A stretch of DNA of 64,000 nucleotides from Gnetum montanum. Taxonomy: Eukaryota; Plantae; Gnetophyta. The position numbers were made by a program, and so were the translations under genes. Below the pieces are notes generated by a model, which was given only the letters and a program-made list of their open reading frames with translations, was not told the origin of the DNA and did no database searches. The stretch is taken from NCBI GenBank assembly GCA_015680685.1, contig MNCI01000312.1, positions 489,164 to 553,163 of the forward strand, read 5' to 3'. Shown here one piece after another: positions 52,850 to 64,000 of the stretch. Positions within the stretch are counted from its first letter, which is position 1. Every line of letters begins with the position of its first letter.

Positions 52850-55800
52850 ACTATAGAACATTTCCATGTCATGTAATCCATGCGTCATCAATAAAACTAT
52901 TTCTTCCATGGCCGGGGTCCCCAATTATAGGGCTAGTGCCACCTTAGTTTACATGATCCTAGTTCCATAGAACTTTGTGGCATCCCCACTCCAATTTGAG
53001 AAAAAGGATTCATTAGCCAGCATTGGGTCCCCTTCCAAGCATGGTAGGACCTCATTCTAGCTAATCTGCTCAACCAGCCTCCATAGCTCCTGATTTACCC
53101 AATATGCCACGTAAGCTGGCTCATATGTAGGCGTTACTCCCATAGCAGTAGTCACTTCCTACCACGCATGCTCCGCATTAAGCAAGGCCTATCCAAGCAC
53201 TGGAATATAGTACAATCTGAAGATAGAACGATTGAAAATTTTTCAAACCTTCCATAAAATAAGCACTACTTTGAAGTCCCTCATTAACTACACAGGGCCA
53301 TGTGATCTCACAGCTTGCCAACTATCCTACACATACAAGCATTAATAAAAAATGCATTATCATCTCAGGGCTATTGGAGCATAATGAGCACTCATCATTA
53401 ATGTGTAGCCCTCACTACCTTAATAACACATGAATAGGAAGCATGTTATGCTCAATTAACCAAATGAAGACCTTAATCTTCTCTAGTAGCTAGCCCTGCC
53501 AAATGCATTTCCATCCATCTACCAGCATATACAAGCTCTGAATAACCAACCGTAGAGACTCCCCCATCAAACCTTGCACCAGCGTGAATTATGCATGTTC
53601 ACAAAGTATCTGCCATAGAATCAAGTCATGGGGCCCCACTTCCCAACATTGATATTTATGTGTCATTATCCTAATCCATTGGGTAGCCCTTGCATCCTGC
53701 TGAAGAAGTCATATTACTAATTGTTGTTACTCCATCAGAAATTCATTTTCAAATTTAAAATACCTAACTCCCTACCCCTTGAGCTGCACAATAGTGCCCC
53801 AACTGATTAAATGCACTTTGATATCCCCTCTTCCCTAGAACACACAAAATTACTTATTAATTGATTCAGTTTCTGAATGATAATCTACAAAGAAATAACC
53901 ACCAAGGCCACAAATCTTGCAATAGCCAAAAGAACCCCTGACACCAAGGTAATTCTACCCTTTCTAGTGAGGAAGTGATTAACCCAGTACCCCATCCAAG
54001 TCTCCATTTTCTAGATAAGTTTATGCCACATTTGTTTCCTCCCCCAATCAAACAAAAAGATGTCAAGATATGAATCCTAAGAGAAGGTAGAATCTCCATA
54101 CCTGTGATATGTGACTCCCCACCCTAGGGTCAACATTGATAAAGTGAATTGAAGATTTTCCCTAATTTATCTCCAACCTGATTTCCAAGGCTAGATGCCT
54201 AAGAGCCCAATCAATCCTCTGCACCTGGAGAATAGTTGCTCTAGAAAGCAACATGGTATTATCAGCATAGTGCTCCATCAAGCATTCAACCCCTACAACC
54301 TCAAGACCGCAAACCCCCTAAGCCTTACAATAGTATTGAAGGAGATCCATCATGATAATGAAAATCCAAGGTGAGAGTAGGTCCCCTGCCTCAACCCTTG
54401 TCTAGGGGAGGAGAGCCCCCACAATCTCCCTCCAATATCAAAGGAAAAATCTGCTGACACCTGAATGTGTATGCATAGGCTAATGAAGGTAGGGTCAAAA
54501 CCTTTTAGGTACATAATAGTAGATAGTGCCTCCCAACTTATCACATCATAAGCCTTAGTGATATTGAGTTTCAGGCATAGTCTTGGGAATTTGGTGGTTT
54601 GCATAGCATGAATAATCTTTGGCATTAGTATTGCTTAATCCTATAGGAATCAGCCCCAAACAAATCTAGCCTAATGTTCACCAACAACTTTTGGCATCAA
54701 TGGCATTAACTGTCATATGAGTAACTTTGAAAAGATCAAGATCAACACATTACAAACCCTAATAGGGCTAAAATGGGCCGAATCAAAAGCATTAGGCAGC
54801 TTAGGAATAAAAAAATTATGGAACAATTAATCTCCCATTGCACGCGCCTCCTAGCCAACATCAAGGATATTTGGCCCAAGAATGTCTGCAAACTTCCTAA
54901 AGAATTTTAGTTTGAGCAATCCATCCGGAGGAAATTTTCGGGGCCCCTCCTTTTCTCCCTAGTATCCTCCTCAAATCTCTTATACCAAAGGGCATAACCA
55001 AGGCTTAAGTAGCAAAGAACATTCAAACCGAAATAGGGGAGGAGGCCCCTGATGAGGCTTGCTAAGACAACAAAGAATGGAACGGTGATTTGATGCTTGT
55101 CATTCCTTGCCTAACACTTGCACGTCAAATTGTAATAAAAGTTTAGAATTCATCCAAACTTGATCTATCCTAGAAAGAAGTTCATCCTTTTCCTGTCTCC
55201 TATTGCTCCACATGAAGCAGTAGTTTGCAATATCCATATCCACCAAGGAGTGGAGATCCAAGAAGTTCTGAAATTCTTAGGCCCCCAAATGGCCAAGGTA
55301 GTTTGTTTCTAATTTCTCCTAAGGGTGCAGGTGCTAGTTGAAATCCTTGACAATGATCCAATGCCATTTGTTAGGAACCAACACTGCCATCCAATTTAGC
55401 TCATGCAACCTCAACTCCCACATTTGGGCCCTATAGAAATTGGTCAACTAGATGACACTTGAAGGCAGAATCATGGTAATACTCCAACTGAAAGAATCTA
55501 TCAAGGTCATCCATGGCTTCGCCAAGATCACCAAACCCCTCACATGCCCCTAGTATAGCACCAATTGTAGATTCCACCCTCCAATTGTAGGTGGTAAGCC
55601 TCTACACTCTGTAGCTTTGTTTCCTGCAAACAAAGAACATCATAGGCCTCACTTTGCATAATCTCTTTCAGGTTATTCCTTTTATAGGGTGTACCTTGAC
55701 CCCTATAGTTTCAAGATAATGTCTTCATGCATGACCTACAAAATGCTTCTTATAGACCTCTTTCAAGGTCGATTGCATTCCCAAGTTAATATCCAACTAC

Positions 55801-56980
55801 ATCTTCTTACTACGAGCAAGCAAACTAGAGGGTTGGCCAAGCCTACCCAATCCTAAAGAATCAAGGAAACTTCTAGGTCCTCTAACTTGCATGGCATCAT
55901 TTCCAACATAAGGGGTAAGGGTCCCTCACAAACAACTGAAATCCAATCCCCCAATGGGAGGAGCTTTACCCCCTTTTTTGTTGGGGAGGTAATGGAAGAG
56001 ATAGCATACCCTTTCTAAGGATTATCCCCAATAGCTGTGAGGGCCTATGGACATCCTCGACACCTCACCTAAATCCACTCTCCATCTTTTGGTGTCTGTG
56101 CTTTTGGAAGTGCCTTGGCTTTACCCCAAAAATAACAAGTAGCTGCCCCATGCCCGCTCTTCCCACAAATGGGACAACCATTCCCTAGTGGAGTGACGTC
56201 TAGTTGCTCCTCAACCATGTTCTCATACTAGACTCGAACTATCTCTTCATCTGCCGAGAGTTCCAAAATGATTTCCTTGACCAAATCTTTGGAGGATAAG
56301 GACATCCACACATAGAATTGAGCAAACCCCATCTTCTCCATCGAGGTCATGAAATCTATCAAAAGAGATGAACTCCACAAATAAATCGGCAAGAGTTCTT
56401 AGAAAATCCGAACTCCACATCTCCCAAGGAATCCCAAAGATGCAGATCCAGATTGGCACCTTCAAGAAGAGGTCCACCTCCCAATGCACCTCTAGTCTCC
56501 ATTGCGTAAGCACAAGCCCTCTGGCACCGTAAAACCATAGTCCCCCAGAAGCCCCTTGTCACGATCCTCTAGAGATTTAAACACAAATAACAAGAGGTCC
56601 TTAGAAAGACTACGAACCTCCACCTCTTTTAACCCTCGAGTGTCAAAGACACACTTCCTAACCAAATCCAATTTAAGTCAAGCCCCGAAGGACACAAACT
56701 TGCCTATTAAGCTAGGCTCCATGGTATGAACCCCATCCCCTAAAGGTTTGTGCACCTGAAGCCGCATCGCCCCCTCTTGGTAGGAGCAAGCCTCAATGCC
56801 CCAATTCCCTGGCCACCAACCAGCCCCCAACAAACCCAAACCTCACCATCGCCTCTAGTTCCACCACCATGTGCGCTAAGGCCACCCTCCTCAAAATCGC
56901 CAACATGGGCCCCCTCGTTGGACCCAGCCCTTGGACCCAAGCTCATGTCTACGCTTGCTCAGCCTCCCATTCAAACAAGT
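52850..56980 (-). mobile_element. Decayed near-full-length L1 LINE (ORF1; ORF2 with endonuclease, RT, zinc knuckle and probable RNase H)
   Basis: ORF1 VPIWICIFGIPWEMW and CPICGKSGHGAATC; ORF2 starts MKTLS*NYRG (~55728); RT KLNITKAYD, GLRQG; boundaries approximate. Confidence 0.8.
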
Positions 56981-59379
56981 TCTCTTTGCCAGGATGATGA
57001 GATTATCATCAATCACACTTCTTATGTCATTAACACACTTACATTGGAACTATTTGTTTTTGTAATATAGTTCAATTGAGGAATATTACAAACATCAAGA
57101 TAACAACGGTCTAATCCAATTCATAACCAAACGATAAACCAGTTACAACATCATAACAAACAACAATTCATCTGGTTTATAGTTTATAGTTTTGGGGACA
57201 ATGCAACTTTTATAAAGACATAATATATTTTTAGAAAACGCTTAAATGTCTATCATATATGTGTACTTCTTTACATTGCCACCTGGTCTGCTCCATTCAT
57301 TTTTTTGGTAACCTTTAACTGTAGGGTAACGGTATGTATTTAAGATTGCAATAAGTATTGCATTGTATCTGGAATAAAGTTTATGCATCCATATATTAGC
57401 ATTTTACGGTTCCGGAATTGTCATTTAGCAGCACATTAGACCTGGATACGTCGAACATCACACAGTAGTAAAATATGGCGCACCTTACTTGTATATGTGA
57501 TTTATGAAATTTGGAAAGAAAGCAACAGTGAATTTTCGAGGGTACTGATAGCAGAGTAAAGAGAGTATCAGTTGGTCAGAGAGAATGTCACTTATATTGA
57601 AGGAGATTTAACTACCCAAGTCTTTGAAACTAGGAAGATCAGAAAGCTGTAACTTGAGGTGTAGAATGAGTTGGTACCATTAATGATGGTAATTGTTTTT
57701 GGTTTTTCAAAAAATATTAGATTATTATGTAATGGGCCTCCCATTATGTTCCTTGTTTGATCTCTAAGATCTCAAGAGATTTCTTTTTGGACTCCAAAAG
57801 TTTTACTAGTGATAAAAATCTTCTTTTTACTTGCTCAACAAAACCATAAGCATTACTGAAATATTACAATCTTTTTACAAATGTTTTTATGAATACAATG
57901 AACATGGAGACGATACTTTGCACAGATATTTTTAGAATACCAATTTCAGTTATGTAGGGCTTCCTATCATGTGGTGTAAATTCTGAAAAATAATTTTGCA
58001 AAATCTTCTCTCGTTTATTGACGAAAGTCTCTTTCATTGTTTCAGGCATCTTTCACTCTCTCATGGGTATGTAAGGGCAATAAAAATACACAGCATGAAC
58101 ATGATATTGTTTCATTTGAACGTGGCAACATTACCACAGCTATGCGTAGGACTAAACAGGTGAATCAATAAATATTCATGTTTTTTTTAATACCCATTTG
58201 GTTAATCCTCGCATGGCCTGAGGAATGCCAACTTATAATATCTTGTTCGAAAATTAGCAACTTTGCTTTAACTATTCAGTTAATGAGTTTGTTAATTTGG
58301 AAGTTACCATTAACAGATTATTGTGAAATGGGACTCTCCTCCACGGTCGGTCCTCATCTTAACAAAACCAAACTCCAAGTCGGTTGAAGTTATATGTCAA
58401 AAAATGGTTATGTATGTGTTCTGATTTAATTTTCAACGTCCACTGTCCAGAGCTATTTGTTGTCTTTTATGTTACGTGTATGGTTGAAGGGATGGTTGAT
58501 GTTATTGTTTATTATTCTTTACTTGTATGCATGTAACTTTGGAACACCGATCTATTTTGTATTTGAGTTTCAATACCGAAAGCACATGATGCAAAATGCT
58601 AGGAAGACGGCAAAATGATTTTATTAATTAAAGCTGGTTGTCAGACACGAAAATTACATACCAGAGGTGTATATTATTGAAACTTTGATGCTTTCCAGAA
58701 GGTTGAATGTATGTTCAAAACAACCTTTGGCTTCTTACCCACAAATCTTAATTATATTTCTCTATAATTTTAATAGAAATTGTTAATTAAGGTTTGTATA
58801 TAACTTAAGGAACACGAAACGACAAATACAGAGACCTGTAAACATAGCAAGAGAGCCTTCTAAGCGATGCCAATAAACGTAATTCTTGTCAGAATACAAG
58901 CCATGTAACATATACAACTTTATTCTTCATGGTCTCACTTCAAATCTATTTTCACATTCCTGTGTACAGATAATAGATTCTAAGGGACAACACCTTTATG
59001 GATTTGTGTCAAGCACCACACCTCTTTACTAATTAATTATTAAACTATAACTAATCATTATTTAAATTGACATAGTTTCACGTCTATAAACTAAAACCTT
59101 ATGGTGTTGAGATGGATACAAACTTTTCGTATTCTTTAACACCTCGCCACAATTTCAACGTTTGAAACAGGGTTAGAGATTTTACTTTACCATTGATTTC
59201 TAACTTTGTGGTCTTTTAAGTCAATCTCCCTTATAATATTGATCAAAAAGATTTATTAGAGTAATTACTTCTCCATTAACAAAATTTATGGATTGTCGAT
59301 TCTGGAGCTTCATGATAACATATAGGCAACAACCCTTTTGCAACTAGTGGCGGGCATTTGATTCATGAACTTTATCTTA

Positions 59380-60700
59380 TCTGCGCTTCATCTATAGCTC
59401 TTCTTCTAGCTCCCTAGCCTGCTGCTCCACTTCTTCTTCAGCTCTTATTTTTCATTCCTACTCCTCCTTGAGCTAGTCTTCTCGAATATGAAGATACAAG
59501 GCATCTTCAAGCTCACTTTTGATGAAAGCTTCCCTTAGCTCCCATTGGTGCATGGCCTCCTTGCTCACCTCTTGTCAGCATTGCTCCTCCTACTTAGCCC
59601 ACTCCCTATGCTCTTGTTCCATCTTTTGTTGTATCTCTTCCTACTTGGCATGTTCTTCTACTACTACCCTCTTCTCAATCTCAGCTATGGCCTTAAGCAA
59701 ATCTTTTGCATATATATTCGGAAGCTCCTAGTAGAGTGCTTCTATGGCATGTGAGATTTGCTCTTTAATAGAGACTTGTTGATTTGAAATAGAGCCTAGC
59801 GAGTTTGTGCTCAACCCTTTTTCCGCAATACCCACCCCACCCCTGTCCCAATCATGAGGCCCCTACACCAAGGAGGAGGAGCCCCATCAAAGAGCTAATG
59901 CCATTCACAAACCATTATGAACTATGACAACCTAGTGAATGAAGAGGCAACAAGATGCATGACCTTCTAGAGGGCCAAAATAATACCTGAGTGGTATGCC
60001 TTGCCCAAACAAGCAAGCAAGTAGAAACTTGGGGATATTAACATTGCTAGACTAGATGAAATACTTCTTAACCAACTTGGCGATGTCTTGCCAAAGCTGT
60101 GGTATGGTAGATTTTGAAGCTTGCCTACTACCAATTTTCAACATTGGCCCTTCAAAAAAAACCCTCAATATCTTGCAACACCCAACCAATGGGTAGAATG
60201 ACCTTTCCCACATTCAACACACCTAGGTAGTCAGCCATAGTAGTCTGAGTAAGGTGGATGCAGACACCCTGAAATGTCTTAGCCTTACCCCTCTAGAACC
60301 TAAAGAAAGCATCATCCACCAAGTTAGGATCACCTACAAGCTAGGGCAGGAGGTTCCCCCAACTGATGCAAACCACCAAGCTCCAACATTACGCATTGGA
60401 CTGAAAAACCCCGCACTCTAGTTCATACATGGGCATTACTTCCATGGTCGTGGTCACCTCATACCATAGGAGGGCACCAAGATCCATGACCGTAGTAGGC
60501 AACAATAGTAGAGAAGATTGGAAGATACAGTCATTCCAATGATAACAAATGCACCAAAGCACAACAACCATATGTGTGTCACCATGCATATGCAAAGGCA
60601 ACTTAAGCTTAACCTCCTTCTGCAAAGTGGTGAATGATTTTTGCAGCTATGCCACATACTAGACAAGTGTCTTCAATTTGTAGCCCATGGGTTCTTAGTA
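59380..60700 (-). pseudogene. Decayed ORF, possibly plant-mobile-domain-like plus coiled coil (TE accessory ORF)
   Basis: VLWCICYHWNDCIF...LLPTTVMDLGALL loosely resembles the PMD N-terminal motif; Glu/Gln-rich tail at 59400-59750. Confidence 0.3.
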
Positions 60701-60749
60701 CTACCCTCATTGAGAGTGCCCCCCTATACATAAACCACAGAAAGCATTT

Positions 60750-62080
60750 AATTTTCTTAGGTAGATGCTCCTTCTAGGTGGTCAGCAACCCATGTGTGGT
60801 GGGATATTTAAATTTAATGATGTCTCGAGGTCGTGCTCCCAGTAACCCCCAGTGAGTCATCTTACTGGCATGAGAATAGAGGTTCTATCATATGTGAGAG
60901 TCTTGGACATCTATAGCCCAAGGCATATTTATTTTGGAGGATGTTGACCCACTGTGCATAAGAGTCATCCTACTACATGAACTAGTTAAAAATGTTTTGA
61001 TGTCCCATTAGGATGGCATCCTCAAACTTCAGTACCATCAACCCTCAGATAGACTTTGGTTTTGCCACCCATTCCTAGTGAACGATGTGCATGTTTTTCT
61101 ACATTCCCCCTAGACCAAATGAAGTTCTTGATTATCTAATCAATCTTCTCAATAATCCCTCTTGAGGGGATGGCCACAAAAGTAGTGAAGTAAGCCATGG
61201 AAAAAAAGAATAGAGGTGGCTAGAATGATCCTTCTTTTCCTTGTGAGCAAACATGTAGTCCAATGGCCTACACACGATTAAAGTCTCTAGATAACCTAGA
61301 TCCATGATGTCTTTTTATTCCATGCAAACATTAGTATTCCAAGGTAGGAATCCTCTACCTTATCTTGGATGATTCCAAGCTCCTAGTAGACCTGCCTTTT
61401 CACCACCTCTTTAGTGTAGAAGAAGTAGATAGAGGATTTTCCCTTGTTAAGTTCTAGGCCAATCTCCTTGGCCATTTTTTTTTGAGTGTCTTATTAATGG
61501 CTTGTTCCTATGGAATTGCAGCCTAACTAGTTAGAATTGTGTCATCTACATAATGAATAGTGATACATGTAACACCTTTAATGTTCAAGCCTCTAACCCC
61601 ATCCATCCTATGGTACAACTTAATGGTATTCATCACAATAATAAAAAGGTATGAAGCCTCTGTCAAGGGAGGAAAACCCCTGAAGATGCTTGTTGATGTC
61701 AAAAGAGTACACTCCTATCTCTTGGAGGTTGATGCAGAAGTTAACAAATTGTGGGTGAATTCCCCTTTTGATCATAATGTCCTAGAGAGTGGTCCAATGC
61801 ATGATATAGTATGCTTTTGTGATGTCAAGCTTAATACACATTCCTAGGAATTTGATGCTTTTTATGGAATGCATGAGTTCTTATAGGAGAAGGATCTAAT
61901 CTTGAATATATCTTCCTTTGATGAACCCCACCTGCTTTGACCTAATCAAGGTTGGCATCATAGGTTGTATGCACTTAACCAAAATTTTTGTAAAATGTCT
62001 GAGAAGTATGTTGCACACTCCAGTAGGCCTAAAAATGAGATTGCTTTGTTGGATTTGTTGTCTCTGGGATAAGAACATGT
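60750..62080 (-). pseudogene. L1 LINE RT remnant
   Basis: FRPTGVCNIL...TKILV...LI...QVGFIKGRYIQD; further RT motifs downstream. Confidence 0.8.
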
Positions 62081-62559
62081 TTTGAACAATTGATCTCATG
62101 TCTCACTTGCTGCCATTACTAAGTTTTTGTTTCTTATTTTAGCATCACTATGAAATTGAATTCATTTTTTTTAATCAATGTAGCTTTTTAAGAACTTATA
62201 TTTTAATTGTGATGGTTTACTTATCCTCCTTCATTAAACAATGCAATGGATTTAATTTTCTTATCTAGTAATGTTTCCTGAAATGACCCAAAAGAAAAAA
62301 AGGACAATGAAGAATATGAAGGGAGAATTATATTTTTCATGAGATTTTAAATGAAAGTCTTTTAGGAAACAACAAAAGTAAGATTCAACCCTTGAATTCA
62401 ATTGAATAATACAACCATTATAACATATCATAATTGAGTTTACAATGGATTTGTTTAATAGTAGAACACATTACACGGATGGTGGAAGGCAAGGATGCAT
62501 GGAAGAGCAAGGGCAAGGGTATGAGGGAGGGCAAGAAGGATCACAAGAGGGTGTAGGTA

Positions 62560-63600
62560 GTGGGTCAACAGTGCATGGCAACAAAAATGCTAGCGCTATG
62601 GCAGAACTAGTTAGATGATGGGAGAAGGCATGAAAACCAAGAGATGGTGGCCTTGATTCTTATGCTTGGCAAGATGGAAAGATGAGGTTGCACATGCAGG
62701 AGGTGCCACTTGAGGGACTAAGGACCATTGAAATGAGCCTAATGGACAAGTTTGTGTCCTTAGGTGTATAGCCTAAGATGGAGCTAGTTAAGTGATGGAT
62801 CCACACTTTGTGGGGGTTGAGCAACGTTTAGATTCTTTTGCTAAACTGGGATTTGTTGTTTTTCATATTCCAAAGTTAGGAACATAGGGATTGTGCTAGC
62901 TAGTGGGCCATGGTTTTTTAGTGTGGAGGGCTTAGCTCTTACACACTAGTGGCTTAGTGCCCACTACGACCTTGATTTGGTCTCCAAGGCTCTAGTCTGG
63001 ATCTAAGTATCTAGGATGCCCTAGGAATTGTGGACTAAAAACTTCTCAAAAACCCTTGCTAGTTTTTTTTTTTTTTTTTTTTTTGAGAGAGAGCTTATTT
63101 CCTTTGCAAAGTTTACAAATTCAAAGGAACAAATGGATTTTGTGCAATTCTATGTATGGAGGTCCCTCACCTCCATCAACATTCTATGGGAAGTCATTTT
63201 GGACTTGCCATCTAGAGAAGAAAAGCTTACCATTGAGTACAAGAACATCTCAACAATCAGGTCATTGCTTGCCCCAAAGAAGATTACCAAGCTTAGGTTA
63301 ACTTAAGTGGTGTAGAAGCATGCACCACCTATGGAAAAGGTAATCACACCACAAAGGAATGTAGGGTCTAGAGCATGGCTCAGGGGAATCTAGATGTTGA
63401 TGCCAAGGATGGATGGATACTGGTGAAGTGAAAGAGTCAATCGGCCAAGGTTGATGTAAATGGATAGCAGAAATAACCCCACTTTTTGGGTTTAGGGGTG
63501 AGTGAACCCCCCTTTTCCTTAGGTTTTGCAAGGCTTTGGTCTTCCCCTAGTTCAGCCCATTTACTAAGGGTACTCCACTACCTCTTGAGGGGCACTACCT
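62560..63600 (+). pseudogene. L1 LINE ORF1 remnant
   Basis: GPWFFSVEGLAL...ALVWI*V..MP*ELWT; homologous to the other two ORF1 copies; internal poly-T. Confidence 0.65.
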
Positions 63601-63647
63601 CTGCTAGGGAACCAGGTTTTAGTTCTGTGTGGATCAGTTATGCTAGT

Positions 63648-64000
63648 TGATGAGTGGCGAGGTACCCCTACACTCAACCATACGAAACGAGCATAGCACA
63701 CACGATCCGGTTGAACTCCGCAGACTAAATGCCCAAACGCCACAAGGAACGCTTGGGGTTAATCATTCGTTGTCTTCCCAGGCTTGCTTGTATGTGTCAC
63801 GGTGTATGGTTAAGCAAGTCTGAGGTATATGATTTTTTTGGTATTTTTTGGTTTATCTCCTAAGCTATGAGGGTGAAGGGTTGAGAAACTAACTAACTCT
63901 AACTACAACACTAAGTCCTAGCGTCAGCATTCGTTCCCACTTGTCGTACACACCATGAACTGTGCAACTGTGGCTACGAAACGCTAATCGTTACTGGGAT
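63648..64000 (-). mobile_element. 3' end of an LTR of the same subfamily as the solo LTR; runs off the window
   Basis: Reverse complement closely matches ~52053-52418; no PBS adjacent. Confidence 0.93.

Overview
Eukaryotic, almost certainly land-plant, DNA made almost entirely of nested retrotransposons, heavily eroded by C->T/G->A transitions, with two assembly gaps. No host gene can be called with confidence. Contents: two decayed Tat-type Ty3/gypsy pol regions with the additional archaeal-type RNase H in different positions; chromovirus (Tekay-like) gag, pol and LTR remnants; several L1-type LINEs, one young, 5'-truncated and with an unbroken ORF2; a ~180-bp tandem array with a palindromic core; and five insertions of one Athila-like, tRNA-Asp-primed LTR family that lacks pol wherever its interior is visible. 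These include a complete element (39655-48178, TSD ATAAC) and a solo LTR (51374-52418, TSD CTCCC). The best candidate for an undescribed system is this family. Its LTRs carry a repeated base-paired module whose helices change sequence between copies while keeping their pairing. They also carry a covarying U5 helix with a possible pseudoknot and a GCGATATCGC palindrome array plus TATA box. That promoter module recurs internally, ahead of a ~929-codon accessory ORF. All calls come from reading the sequence by eye; no searches or folding programs were run.
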